Shown here piece by piece: positions 18,612-28,845 of a stretch of DNA of 64,000 nucleotides (within the stretch, counting starts at the first letter, position 1; every line of letters starts with the position of its first letter). Source of the DNA: Alphaproteobacteria bacterium. Lineage in GTDB: Bacteria > Pseudomonadota > Alphaproteobacteria > MPNO01. Under the pieces are notes generated by a model. It saw nothing but the letters and a program-made list of their open reading frames with translations. It had not been told where the DNA came from and searched no databases. The DNA lies in NCBI GenBank assembly GCA_965248835.1, contig CBDFLJ010000001.1:1376001-1440000 (forward strand). The letters run 5' to 3'. The translations under genes and the position numbers were made by a program.

Positions 18612-20401
18612 CTATCGGGCGTATAGCGACTCCAATTCGTCGCGATGCGCATCGGTGATCTTGTGGCGGCGAATCTTGAGGGACGGAGTGAGCTGCTCGT
18701 TCTCGATGGTGAACGGATCGGCGCGCAGCGTGAAGCGGCGGACCCGTTCGATCACCGGGAGATCGGCGTTGACCCGCTCGACCGCCTCGCCGAGGGCGAC
18801 CTTGAAGTCCGCGTCCTCCATAAGCGCGTCGAGCTCCGCCGGCTTGCCGGCCTGGCGCGCCCAGTCATGGGCGAACTCCGCCTCGGGCACCAACAGGGCG
18901 ACGAGATGCGGCTTGCGGTCGCCATAGACCATCGCCTGGGCGATCTCCGGCTGCAGGGTCAGGAACCCCTCGACCCGCTGCGGCGAGACGTTGTCGCCGC
19001 CGGAATTGACGATGATGTCCTTCTTGCGGTCGGTGATCCGGATATAGCCGTCCGGGTCGATCTCACCGATATCGCCGGTATGCAGCCAGCCGTCGCGGAC
19101 GGTCTCGGCGGTGGCCTCGTCGTCGCCCCAATAGCCGCTCATCACCAGCTCGCCGCGCACCAGGATCTCACCGTCGTCGGCGGTCTTGACCTCGACGTCG
19201 ACCAGCGGCGGGCCGACGGTTTCGATGCGGACCCTGCTCGGCGGGTTGCAGCTCACGATCGGCGCGGACTCGGTCTGGCCGTAGCCTTGCAACAGCTTCA
19301 GCCCGAGCGCGCTGAAGAAGACGCCGATGTCGTAGTTCAGCGGCGCGCCGCCGGAAACCAGCGCCTTGAGCCGGCCGCCGAAACGCGCGCGCACCTTGGC
19401 GCGGACCAGCCGGTCGAGCGCGGCATCGACGATCTTCTCGCCCAGCGACAGCGCGGGCGCGCCGCCGACCCGCCGCGCGCCGAGTTCGACCGCCTTGTCG
19501 AACAGCCTGGCCTTGAGGCCGCCCTGCTGGGCGACGCCGCGGGTGATCCGGCCATGCATGGTCTCGTAGAGCCGCGGCACGGCGGTCATGATCGTCGGGC
19601 GCACCTCGGCCATGTTGCCGGCAAGCTTGTCGACACCCTCGGCGTAGTAGATCTGCGCGCCGATCGACAGCGGGAACATCAGCCCCGCGGTGTGCTCGTA
19701 GGCGTGCGACAGCGGCAGGAAGGACAGGAACACCTCCTCCGCCAGCCCGAGCTCGAGCAGAAGCCGGTGGGCGCCCTTGCAGTTGCACAGGATCGCGCCG
19801 TGGCTGAGCATCACCCCCTTGGGCACCCCGCCGGTGCCCGAGGTGTAGATCAGGCACGCGGTGTCGGACCTGCCGATCGCGGCGGCCTCGGCCGCGACCG
19901 CCCGACCGCGCCGTTGCCCGCCGCGACCGCGTCGGGCCAGTAATGGACCGCAGGGCCGGCGCCCGCCGGCTCCGAAGGCGGCTCGATCATGATCACGGCG
20001 TCGAGCCCGTCGACATCCGCGGCGGCGGACAACGCGCGCTCGGCCAAAGCCGGCGTCGAGACGATCAGCACTCTCGCGCCGCTGTTGGACATTACGTGCC
20101 GATGATCGCCCACCTGGTTGGTGACATAGGCCGGCACCGAGATCGCGCCGGCGGCCATGATGGCGAGGTCGGCGATCGCCCATTCCGGCCGGTTCTCGGC
20201 CACCAGCATCACCCGGTCGCCGCGCCCGATGCCGATCGCGCCCAGGAAACCGGCGAGGCCCGCGACCTGTCGCGCGGCCTCGGCGCCGGAAACCGAAACC
20301 CATTCGCCGTCGCGCTTGGCCCACAGCAGCGGCCGGTCGCCGACCTGCTCCACGACGTCGAAGAACATCGCGGGCAGGTTCGGCCAGCTATCGTAGCGCA
20401 T
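18612..20401 (-). pseudogene. Long-chain fatty acid-CoA ligase with one frameshift near 19900 (pseudogene or sequence error)
   Basis: The N-terminal part (MRYDSW...) and the C-terminal part (IYTSGTGGVPKG, QGYGQTE, HTGDIG, TPSLK) are in different frames. Confidence 0.85.
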
Positions 20402-20490
20402 CGAATTTCCCTCGATCACCAAAGCGCCGCTCCACCCGTCGCGACCGGGTGCGGCAAGGTCTCGATAAGCGTCGTGTCCTCTCGGTCGTC

Positions 20491-20520
20491 ATTGGCCTGC
20501 CCCTTTGTATCCCTTATATC
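20491..20520 (+). promoter_or_regulatory. Possible RpoH-type promoter of pepF
   Basis: ATTGGC-16 nt-CTTATAT resembles the alphaproteobacterial CTTGAA-N16-CCTATAT consensus. Confidence 0.4.
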
Positions 20521-20544
20521 CTGACTCTGATGCCGGAGCCAAAA

Positions 20545-22332
20545 ATGCGTGACCAGCCCACCGCTGCCGTGCTCGGAGACCTGCCCTGTTGGGACCTTAA
20601 GGACCTCTACCCGGGCCCCGACAGCGATGCGCTGGAGTGTGATCTAAGCCGCGCGGAGGCCGATGCCAAGGCGTTCAACGGGCGCTGGGCCGGCCGGCTG
20701 GCGGACCTCGAAGGGGCTGATTTCGGCCGCTCAATCGTCGAATACGAGGCCCTGGAGGACCTCACCGGCCGCGCGACGAGCTTTGCCGAGCTGCGCCATG
20801 CGGGCGACCTGAGCGACCCGGAGATCGGTCGGTTCTACCAGGCCGTCCAGGAGCGGGTGACCGCGATCTCCGCCGAACTGCTGTTCTTCACCCTGGAGAT
20901 CAATGCGCTGGAGGACGCGGCGCTGGAGCGCCTGCTGGCGGTGCCCGAGGCCGCACACTACCGCCCCTGGCTGCGCGCCATCCGTCTGTTCCGGCCCCAC
21001 CAGCTCAGCGAGGAAGCCGAGCGCCTGCTTCACGACAAACGCCTGACCGGGCGCGCGGCCTGGAACCGGCTGTTCGACCAGACCATGGCCGATCTGCGCT
21101 TCCCGGTCGACGGCCGGGACCTGACGATCCAGGAGGCCATGCACCTTGAGTCGGACCCCGACGGGACGGTGCGGCGCAAGGCCGCGGAATCGGTCGGCGC
21201 GGTGTTGGGCGCGAACATCCGGGTTTTCGCGCTGATCACCAACACGCTGGCCAAGGACAAGGAGATCGAGGACGGCTGGCGTGGCTTCCCCGCTCCACAA
21301 TCCGCGCGCCACCTGGGCAACCGGGTCGAGGCGTCTGTTGTCGATGCGCTGACCGATTCGGTGCGCGCCGCCTACCCGAAGCTGTCGCACCGCTACTACG
21401 CGCTCAAGGCGCGTTGGCTGGGCGTTGAGGTGCTCGACTACTGGGACCGCAACGCGCCCCTGCCGGAGGCGGACGAGCGGCTGATCCCGTGGGAGGAGGC
21501 GTCCGGCATCGTGCTGGAGGCCTACGATGCGTTCTCGCCGCCGCTCGGCGAGATCGGCCGCCGGTTCTTCGACAACGCCTGGATCGATGCCGGCGCACGA
21601 GCCGGCAAGTCGCCCGGCGCGTTCGCCCATCCGACGGTGCCCTCCGCCCATCCCTATCTGTTGCTCAACTACCAGGGCAGGACGCGCGACGTCATGACGC
21701 TGGCCCACGAGCTGGGGCACGGCGTCCACCAGGTGCTGGCCGGGCCGCGCGGGGCGCTGATGGCCGAGACCCCTCTGACCCTGGCCGAGACCGCCTCGGT
21801 GTTCGGCGAGATGCTGACCTTCAGGGCGCTGCTCGCCGCGTGCACCGATTCGGCGCGGCGCAAGGCGCTGCTCGCCTCCAAGGTGCAGGACATGCTGAAC
21901 ACGGTGGTCCGCCAGACCGCTTTCTATAGCTTCGAGTCGCGTGTCCATCAGGCCCGCCGCGAGGGCGAGCTGACCGCCGACCGGCTGGGCGAGATCTGGT
22001 TGGAGGTCCAGGCCGAGAGCCTCGGCCCGTCGGTTCGGCTGGGCGGCGACTACCGCTATTACTGGTCCTATATCCCGCATTTCATCCATAGCCCGTTCTA
22101 TGTCTACGCTTACGCCTTCGGCGACTGCCTGGTGAACGCGCTCTATGCGGTCTACCAGGATGCGCATCCGGGGTTTGCCGAAAAATATCTCGACATGCTG
22201 CGGGCCGGCGGAACGCTCGGGCACCGCGAACTGCTGGCGCCGTTCGGTCTCGATGCCTCGGATCCGGCCTTCTGGTCGCGTGGGCTTGCGGTCATCGGCG
22301 GGCTGATCGACCAGCTCGAGGCGCTGAGGTGA
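20545..22332 (+). CDS. pepF: M3B oligoendopeptidase F
   Basis: WDLKDLY, TLAHELGH (HExxH), LAETASVFGE, YIPHF, FYVYAY; start uncertain. Confidence 0.92.
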   Translation: MRDQPTAAVLGDLPCWDLKDLYPGPDSDALECDLSRAEADAKAFNGRWAGRLADLEGADFGRSIVEYEALEDLTGRATSFAELRHAGDLSDPEIGRFYQAVQERVTAISAELLFFTLEINALEDAALERLLAVPEAAHYRPWLRAIRLFRPHQLSEEAERLLHDKRLTGRAAWNRLFDQTMADLRFPVDGRDLTIQEAMHLESDPDGTVRRKAAESVGAVLGANIRVFALITNTLAKDKEIEDGWRGFPAPQSARHLGNRVEASVVDALTDSVRAAYPKLSHRYYALKARWLGVEVLDYWDRNAPLPEADERLIPWEEASGIVLEAYDAFSPPLGEIGRRFFDNAWIDAGARAGKSPGAFAHPTVPSAHPYLLLNYQGRTRDVMTLAHELGHGVHQVLAGPRGALMAETPLTLAETASVFGEMLTFRALLAACTDSARRKALLASKVQDMLNTVVRQTAFYSFESRVHQARREGELTADRLGEIWLEVQAESLGPSVRLGGDYRYYWSYIPHFIHSPFYVYAYAFGDCLVNALYAVYQDAHPGFAEKYLDMLRAGGTLGHRELLAPFGLDASDPAFWSRGLAVIGGLIDQLEALR

Positions 22333-23714
22333 GCGGACCGTCCGATCGATCGGGCAGCGGTTCCGACGGCGCGGCCGGGGAGGCGAACCGGCTGAGCGGA
22401 CGGGTGCGCCGCTACACCCGGGTCGGCGCGGCAGTCGGCGGCATCGCCGCCCGGATCGCTGGCGAGCGTTATCTCGGCGTCAAGGCGGACCGGGAGCGCA
22501 ACGCGGAGGACCTCAAGCGCGCGCTAGGCGGCCTCAAGGGCCCGCTGATGAAGGTCGCGCAGATCATGTCGACCGTGCCCGACATGCTGCCCAAGGAATA
22601 TGTCGACCAGCTCACGGAATTGCAGTCCAACGCGCCGCCGATGGGCTGGCTGTTCGTGCGCCGCCGCATGGCCGCCGAGCTCGGCCCGCAATGGCAGTCC
22701 CTGTTCGCCGACTTCGAGCACGCCGCCGCCGCCGCCGCTTCGCTGGGCCAGGTCCACCGCGCGCAGTCCCATGACGGCCGCGCGCTCGCCTGCAAGCTGC
22801 AATATCCCGACATGTCGTCCGCCGTGGAGGCCGACCTCCGCCAGCTCCGCGTGGTGTTTGCGATCTACCACCGCTATGACCGCGCGGTCGATCCGCGCGA
22901 TATCCACGCCGAGATCTCCGACCGGCTGCGCGAGGAGCTCGACTATGAGCGCGAAGCCCGGCACATGGCGCTCTACCGGCTGATGCACGCCGAGGAAAAC
23001 GGTGTGCATGTGCCCGAGCCGATCCCGGAGCTTTCGACGCGTCGGCTCCTGACCATGACCTGGCTCGACGGTCGGCGCCTGATGGAGGCCGCCGATGCCG
23101 GACTCGCGGTGCGCAACCGGGTGGCCTTCAACATGTTCAGGGCCTGGTACGTACCGTTCTACAATTACGGCGTCATCCACGGCGATCCGCATCTGGGCAA
23201 CTACTCGGTCCGCCCCGACCAGTCGGTCAACCTGCTCGATTTCGGCTGTATCCGGGTGTTCGAGCCGCCCTTCGTCCAGGGCGTGATCGACCTGCACCGC
23301 GCGCTGGAGACCCATGACGAGGCGCTGGCGGTGCACGCCTACGAGACCTGGGGCTTCGACAAGCTGACCAAGGAGGTAATCGATACCCTCAACCTGTGGG
23401 CGGCGTTCGTCTACGCGCCGCTGCTGGAGGACAAGCCGCGGCGCATCCAGGAATCCGAAGGCGGCATGTACGGCGCCAACGTCGCGGCGAAGGTCCATGC
23501 CGAGTTGCGCCGGCTGGGCGGGGTGACGCCGCCGCGCGAGTTCGTGCTGATGGACCGCGCGGCGATCGGGCTGGGCTCGGTCTTCATGCATCTGAAGGCC
23601 GAGATCAACTGGTACCGGATCTTCCACGACCTCGTCGCGGGCTTCGATGCCAAGGCGCTGGGCGCCCGCCAGAAAGCCGCGCTCGACAAAGCCGGCGTGC
23701 CGCCTAGCGCGTGA
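22329..23714 (+). CDS. ABC1/UbiB/AarF atypical kinase family protein
   Basis: MKVAQ, AAASLGQVH, KLQYP, IHGDPHLGN, LLDFG. Confidence 0.92.
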   Translation: MSGPSDRSGSGSDGAAGEANRLSGRVRRYTRVGAAVGGIAARIAGERYLGVKADRERNAEDLKRALGGLKGPLMKVAQIMSTVPDMLPKEYVDQLTELQSNAPPMGWLFVRRRMAAELGPQWQSLFADFEHAAAAAASLGQVHRAQSHDGRALACKLQYPDMSSAVEADLRQLRVVFAIYHRYDRAVDPRDIHAEISDRLREELDYEREARHMALYRLMHAEENGVHVPEPIPELSTRRLLTMTWLDGRRLMEAADAGLAVRNRVAFNMFRAWYVPFYNYGVIHGDPHLGNYSVRPDQSVNLLDFGCIRVFEPPFVQGVIDLHRALETHDEALAVHAYETWGFDKLTKEVIDTLNLWAAFVYAPLLEDKPRRIQESEGGMYGANVAAKVHAELRRLGGVTPPREFVLMDRAAIGLGSVFMHLKAEINWYRIFHDLVAGFDAKALGARQKAALDKAGVPPSA

Positions 23715-24954
23715 CCTCGCCCAGCACGGTTCGGATCGCTTCGGTGAGCCGGGACAGATCGCCGCTGTCGATGATCAGCGGCGGCATCAGGTAGATCACA
23801 TCACCGAGCGGGCGGATCCAGACGCCCTCGGCGACGAACCGCCGGCGCAGCGCGGCGGGATCCTCGATGCGGGCGAGCTGGACCACGCCGACAGCACCGC
23901 GAACCCGGACATCGACCACCCCGGACATCGTGCGGCACGGCGCGAGCTCTTGCGCGAGCTGGGCCTCGATCGCCGCGACCTGGGCAAGGCGCGGCTCGCG
24001 CTCGAACAGGTCGAGCGAGGCGTTGGCCGCGGCACAGCCCAGCGGGTTCGCCATGTAGGAGGGTCCGTGCATCAGCGCCTTGTCCGGGTCCGCGCTCTCG
24101 AAGGCGGAAAACACCCGCCGGTTGGCGACGGTGGCGGCCAGCCCCATCGTCCCGCCGGTCAGCGCCTTGGACAGGCAGATGATGTCCGGCGCCGCGCCCG
24201 CCGCCTGGAAGGCGAACATCGGGCCGGTCCGCGCGAAGCCGGTCGCCACCTCGTCCAGGATCAGCAGAACGTCGTTGCGGGCGCATGCCCGGGCGATGCC
24301 GGCGACGGTCTCCGGCGGGTGAAACTTCATGTTGCCCGCGGCCTGGACCAGGGGCTCCAGGATCACCGCGGCGATCTCGCCGCGCCTGCGGGCCAGCATC
24401 GCATCGAAACCGGCCATCGCCGCGCTGCCGATCGGCACGTCGTGGAGAATCTGTTCGGGGACATAGCCGCCCAGCAGCCGGTGCATCCCGTCTTCGGGGT
24501 CGCAGACCGCCATCGCGCCCAGCGTGTCGCCGTGATAGCCCCAGCGGAAGCAGACCAACCGGTCGCGGCCCTCCACGCCGGCGTTGCGCCAGTACTGGAT
24601 GGCCATCCTGAGCGCGACTTCCACCGAGACCGAGCCGGAGTCGCTGAAGAACACCCGGTCGAGTCCGTGGCCCAGCAGTGCCGCCAGCCGGCGCGACAGG
24701 CGCATCGCCGGCTGGTGGACCAGCCCGCCGAACATCACGTGCGGCATGCGGGCAAGCTGGTCGGTCATGGCCGCCCGGATGTGGGGGTGGTTATAGCCGT
24801 GACACGCCGTCCACCACGACGCGATCCCGTCGATCAACGCGGTCCCGTCGGCCAGGCGTATGCGCACGCCCTCGGTCCCCACCGCCTCGATCGGCGGCGG
24901 GGTTCCGGTCATCGGCGTATAGGGAAACCAGAGGTGGTCCGGGGTCTCAGCCAC
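23704..24954 (-). CDS. bioA: Adenosylmethionine-8-amino-7-oxononanoate aminotransferase
   Basis: [43 protein letters not shown]. Confidence 0.95.
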   Translation of the reverse strand: MAETPDHLWFPYTPMTGTPPPIEAVGTEGVRIRLADGTALIDGIASWWTACHGYNHPHIRAAMTDQLARMPHVMFGGLVHQPAMRLSRRLAALLGHGLDRVFFSDSGSVSVEVALRMAIQYWRNAGVEGRDRLVCFRWGYHGDTLGAMAVCDPEDGMHRLLGGYVPEQILHDVPIGSAAMAGFDAMLARRRGEIAAVILEPLVQAAGNMKFHPPETVAGIARACARNDVLLILDEVATGFARTGPMFAFQAAGAAPDIICLSKALTGGTMGLAATVANRRVFSAFESADPDKALMHGPSYMANPLGCAAANASLDLFEREPRLAQVAAIEAQLAQELAPCRTMSGVVDVRVRGAVGVVQLARIEDPAALRRRFVAEGVWIRPLGDVIYLMPPLIIDSGDLSRLTEAIRTVLGEVTR

Positions 24955-25915
24955 CGGCCGCTGGGTAGGGTTCGATGCCGAGCTTGTGGAACAGCCCGTC
25001 ATCGGCCGCCGCGTCCGGGTTGGGGGTCGTCAGCAGCTTCTCGCCGTGGAAGATCGAATTGGCACCGGCATGGAAGCATAGCGCCTGCATCGCTTCGTCC
25101 ATCTCCATGCGTCCGGCGGACAGCCGGACCATCGATGCCGGCATCATGATCCGGGCCGCCGCGACGGTACGGACGAACTCCAGCGCATCGAAGTCGGCGG
25201 CCGCAGCGAGCGGCGTCCCGGGGCTGCGCACCAGCATGTTGATCGGCACGCTCTCCGGCGGCGGGTCCATGTTGGCCAGCGTGACCAGCATGTCCGCTCG
25301 GTCCCGGCGCGTCTCGCCCATGCCGAGGATGCCGCCGCAGCACACCGCGATCCCGGCTTCGCGCACGCGCTGCAGCGTCTCCAGCCGGTCGGAGAACCGG
25401 CGGGTGGTGATGATCTCGCCGTAGAACGACTCCGAGCTGTCGATGTTGTGGTTGTAGTAGTCGAGCCCGGCCTCGCGCAGCCGCTCGGCCTGGCCCGGCT
25501 TCAACAGCCCGAGCGTCGCACAGGTCTCCAGCCCGAGCGCCTTGACGCCGGTGACCATCGCGGCGACCGCCTCGAGGTCGCGCTCGGCCGGCCCGCGCCA
25601 GGCAGCCCCCATGCAGAACCTTGTGGCGCCGGCGGCCTTCGCCTCGCGCGCCGCCGTCAGCACCTCGTCCAGCTTCATCAGGCGCTGTGCGGGCACGCCG
25701 GTATCGAAATGCGCGCTCTGCGGGCAATAGGCGCAGTCCTCCGGGCAAGCGCCGGTCTTGATGCTCAACAGCGTCGAGACCTGGACCCGATTGGGATCGA
25801 AATTCCGGCGGTGGACCGAATGGGCCTCGAACAGGAGGTCGTTGAACGGCAGCGCGAACAGGGCGAGCGCCCGTTCGCGGGTCCAGCCTGCCCGGTCGGT
25901 GGGGGTCTCGGACAT
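24947..25915 (-). CDS. bioB: Biotin synthase
   Basis: [16 protein letters not shown] radical-SAM motif, YNHNID, SVPIN, RLSAGR, KLLTTPN. Confidence 0.97.
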   Translation of the reverse strand: MSETPTDRAGWTRERALALFALPFNDLLFEAHSVHRRNFDPNRVQVSTLLSIKTGACPEDCAYCPQSAHFDTGVPAQRLMKLDEVLTAAREAKAAGATRFCMGAAWRGPAERDLEAVAAMVTGVKALGLETCATLGLLKPGQAERLREAGLDYYNHNIDSSESFYGEIITTRRFSDRLETLQRVREAGIAVCCGGILGMGETRRDRADMLVTLANMDPPPESVPINMLVRSPGTPLAAAADFDALEFVRTVAAARIMMPASMVRLSAGRMEMDEAMQALCFHAGANSIFHGEKLLTTPNPDAAADDGLFHKLGIEPYPAAGG

Positions 25916-25998
25916 GGCCCGGACTATAGTGTCGCGCGATGCCGCCCGCCAGCCTGGATGCGTGCGCGGCGCGGCCATGCGGGGTAGTCTGCGCGACC

Positions 25999-27189
25999 AT
26001 GAAATCGCTCGACGGCTTTGCCGCGGACAAGCTTGCCGCCCTCGCCGCGCGCAATTTGCGGCGGACCCTTTCGATCACCAGCCCGCTCGGCGGCGGGCGG
26101 GTCGGCCGCGACGGGCGGGAGTTGGTCTCGTTCTGCTCGAACGATTATCTCGGGCTCGCCGGCGACGCCCGGCCGCTTGCCGCGGCCGCCCGGGCGCTGG
26201 ACGAATACGGGCTGGGCGCCGGCGCGTCGCGGCTGATTACCGGCAACCATCCGCTGTTCGCGGTGCTGGAACGCCGTCTGGCCGAAATGAAGGGCACCGA
26301 AGATGCCTGCGTCTTCGGCAGCGGCTATCTGGCCAATCTCGGCGTCACGCCGACGCTCGCCGGGCCCGGCGACCTGATCCTGCTGGATACGCTGAGCCAC
26401 GCTTCGATGCATACCGGCGCGCGGCTCGCCCGCAGCCGCATCGAAGTCTTCGCCCACAACGATGCCGCCGATTGCCGGCGGATTCTCGAACGCGCGCGCA
26501 CCGGCCACCGGCGTTGCGTGATCCTGACCGAAGGCGTCTTCAGCATGGACGGCGACCTGGCGCCGCTCGGTCCGCTGGCGGCCCTGGCCGCGGAGTTCGA
26601 CGCCTGGCTGCTGGTCGATGACGCCCATGGCTTCGGCGTCCTTGGTGGCGGCGCGGGCAGCGCGCGCGCGCATGCGCCCCTGCCGGCCGAGATCCCGCTG
26701 CATATCGGCACCTTGTCCAAGGCGGTCGGCGCCTATGGCGGGTTTCTCGCGGCTTCCGGTCCGGTCTGCGCGCTCATCCGGACGCGGGCCCGCAGCTTCG
26801 TCTACTCGACCGGGCTGCCGCCGGCCGTCGTCGCCGGCGCCATCGCCGCGCTCGAGGTCATCGCCGCCGAGCCCGACCGGGTCGCGATGCCCGGCCGCCA
26901 CGCCCGCGCCTTCGCCGAGGCCGCCGGGCTCGCAATGCCGGACAGCCACATCGTGCCAATCGGTCTGGGGACCGCCGATGCCGCGCTTGCGGCCTCGCGC
27001 GCGCTCGAAGACAGGGGATATCTGGTGACCGCGATCCGCCCGCCGACGGTGCCCGAGGGGACCGCGCGGCTGCGCCTGACCTTCTCGGCGGCCCATTCGG
27101 CTGCCGACATTGTCGGCCTGGCGCAGGCGATGATCGATTTGGGACTGGTGCCCGGACAGACGCAAAAGGCCGCGCGAAGCGGCCTTTGA
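25999..27189 (+). CDS. bioF: 8-amino-7-oxononanoate synthase
   Basis: [40 protein letters not shown]. Confidence 0.95.
   Translation: MKSLDGFAADKLAALAARNLRRTLSITSPLGGGRVGRDGRELVSFCSNDYLGLAGDARPLAAAARALDEYGLGAGASRLITGNHPLFAVLERRLAEMKGTEDACVFGSGYLANLGVTPTLAGPGDLILLDTLSHASMHTGARLARSRIEVFAHNDAADCRRILERARTGHRRCVILTEGVFSMDGDLAPLGPLAALAAEFDAWLLVDDAHGFGVLGGGAGSARAHAPLPAEIPLHIGTLSKAVGAYGGFLAASGPVCALIRTRARSFVYSTGLPPAVVAGAIAALEVIAAEPDRVAMPGRHARAFAEAAGLAMPDSHIVPIGLGTADAALAASRALEDRGYLVTAIRPPTVPEGTARLRLTFSAAHSAADIVGLAQAMIDLGLVPGQTQKAARSGL
27164..27188 (-). terminator. Intrinsic terminator for rpsU (possibly bidirectional)
   Basis: AAAGGCCGC-GCGAA-GCGGCCTTT stem-loop between convergent bioF and rpsU. Confidence 0.7.
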
Positions 27190-27220
27190 TCCCGGCGGGA
27201 GGGCGCCCGGCGGCTTGTTA

Positions 27221-27424
27221 TTAGTAGCCTTCGCGCTCCAGGCGCTTGCGTTCGAGCTTGCGGGCCCGGCGGACGGCCTCGGCCTTTTCGCGCGCCCGTT
27301 TCTCGGAAGGCTTTTCGTAGGAACGGCGCATTTTCATCTCGCGAAAGATGCCTTCGCGCTGCATCTTCTTCTTGAGCGCACGGAGCGCCTGGTCGACGTC
27401 ATTGTCGCGTACGAGGACTTCCAC
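27221..27424 (-). CDS. rpsU: 30S ribosomal protein S21
   Basis: [29 protein letters not shown]...YEKPSE. Confidence 0.97.
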   Translation of the reverse strand: MEVLVRDNDVDQALRALKKKMQREGIFREMKMRRSYEKPSEKRAREKAEAVRRARKLERKRLEREGY

Positions 27425-27613
27425 GGTGTCGCCGTCTCCAACATTGTTGCGGAACCAGACTCGCGCGCCGCTCCCGCCTGTGTCCCCGGTGCGCGATCCG
27501 CCAGTCTAGCACGGATCGTCGAGAATTTGGAACGCTAATCGATCGGGCGGAAATATGGTATTTCGGAACCGATCGTGCAATCCGTCAACCACCGGGAAAC
27601 GGACCAAAGGCCC

Positions 27614-28159
27614 ATGACCCTGCTGAAGATCGCCCGGATGGGCCACCCCGTGCTGCTGAGATCCGCTGCGCCCGTCGCCGACCCGACCGCGCGCGATATC
27701 CGCCGGCTGGTCCAGGACATGGTCGAGACCATGGAGGATGCCCAAGGCGTCGGCCTCGCCGCGCCCCAGGTCCATGTCAGCCGGCGGGTGATCATCTTCC
27801 AGGCGCCGGCCGAGCGCATGGAAGATGGCGAGGAGGCCCAAGCCGTGCCGACGACGGCGCTGGTCAACCCCGAATTCGAGCCCTTGAGCGAAGACCGGGC
27901 GCTCGGCTGGGAGGGGTGCCTGTCGATCCCCGGCCTGACCGGAGCGGTCCCGCGCTTTACCGGCATCCGCTACCGCGGCCTGACCACCGCCGGGCAGGCG
28001 GTCGAGCGCGAGGCCCACGGCTTCCACGCGCGCGTCGTCCAGCACGAGATCGATCATCTGGACGGCATTCTCTACACCATGCGCATGGACGACCTTGGCA
28101 CGCTCGCCTTCAACGAGGAGCTCCGTCGCACCCTTGATGCGGCGCGCGAGGACGAATGA
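27614..28159 (+). CDS. def: Peptide deformylase
   Basis: GVGLAAPQ, EGCLS, QHEIDHLDG. Confidence 0.97.
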   Translation: MTLLKIARMGHPVLLRSAAPVADPTARDIRRLVQDMVETMEDAQGVGLAAPQVHVSRRVIIFQAPAERMEDGEEAQAVPTTALVNPEFEPLSEDRALGWEGCLSIPGLTGAVPRFTGIRYRGLTTAGQAVEREAHGFHARVVQHEIDHLDGILYTMRMDDLGTLAFNEELRRTLDAAREDE

Positions 28160-28824
28160 GCGCCGAAGCGGACGCTGCCCGAAAGGCTCTGCACGCGCGT
28201 CTGATGACCGCGGCGATGGCCCATGTCGACTTCGACGGCTGGACGTGGCGTGCGCTCGAGACCGGGGCGGGCGATCTCGGGCTCGATGGGATCGAGGCGA
28301 GGCGGCTCTTTCCGGGCGGGCCGGCCGAGCTTTTCCGCGCCTTCAACGACTGGGCCGACGAACGGATGGCCGAGGCACAGGGCGCGCAGGCCCTGGAGGG
28401 GATGCGGCTGAACGAACGGGTGCAGGCCGCAATCCTTGCCCGTTTCGCGGCCCTGGCACCGTATCGCGAGGCGGTGCGCCGCGGGATGGGGTTCGCTGCC
28501 CTACCAGGCAATGCCGCGCTCGGGCTCGCCTGTTTCGGCCGCACGATCGACCGCATCTGGCGTCTGGCCGGCGACCGCTCGGCCGATTTCAGCTACTACA
28601 CCAAGCGCGCGCTGCTTGCGGGCGTGCTCGCCTCGACCACGCTCGCCTGGCTCGACGACCGCAGCGAGGACGGCCGCATCACCCGGGAATTCCTTGCCCG
28701 CCGCATCGCCGATGTTCTGCGCATTCAACGCGCCCGGGGCAGGATCGAACGGCTCGCGGCGCGCCTTCCCGGCCCGGGCGGCCTGGCTGGCTGGCGCGCC
28801 CGGCGCGGGCCCGGTGGCCTCTGA
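28156..28824 (+). CDS. COQ9 family ubiquinone biosynthesis protein
   Basis: HVDFDGW, IWRLAGDRSADFSYYTKRA, FLARRI; located divergent from rpsU. Confidence 0.9.
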   Translation: MSAEADAARKALHARLMTAAMAHVDFDGWTWRALETGAGDLGLDGIEARRLFPGGPAELFRAFNDWADERMAEAQGAQALEGMRLNERVQAAILARFAALAPYREAVRRGMGFAALPGNAALGLACFGRTIDRIWRLAGDRSADFSYYTKRALLAGVLASTTLAWLDDRSEDGRITREFLARRIADVLRIQRARGRIERLAARLPGPGGLAGWRARRGPGGL

Positions 28825-28845
28825 ACGAAGCGGGGAGATTTCGCC

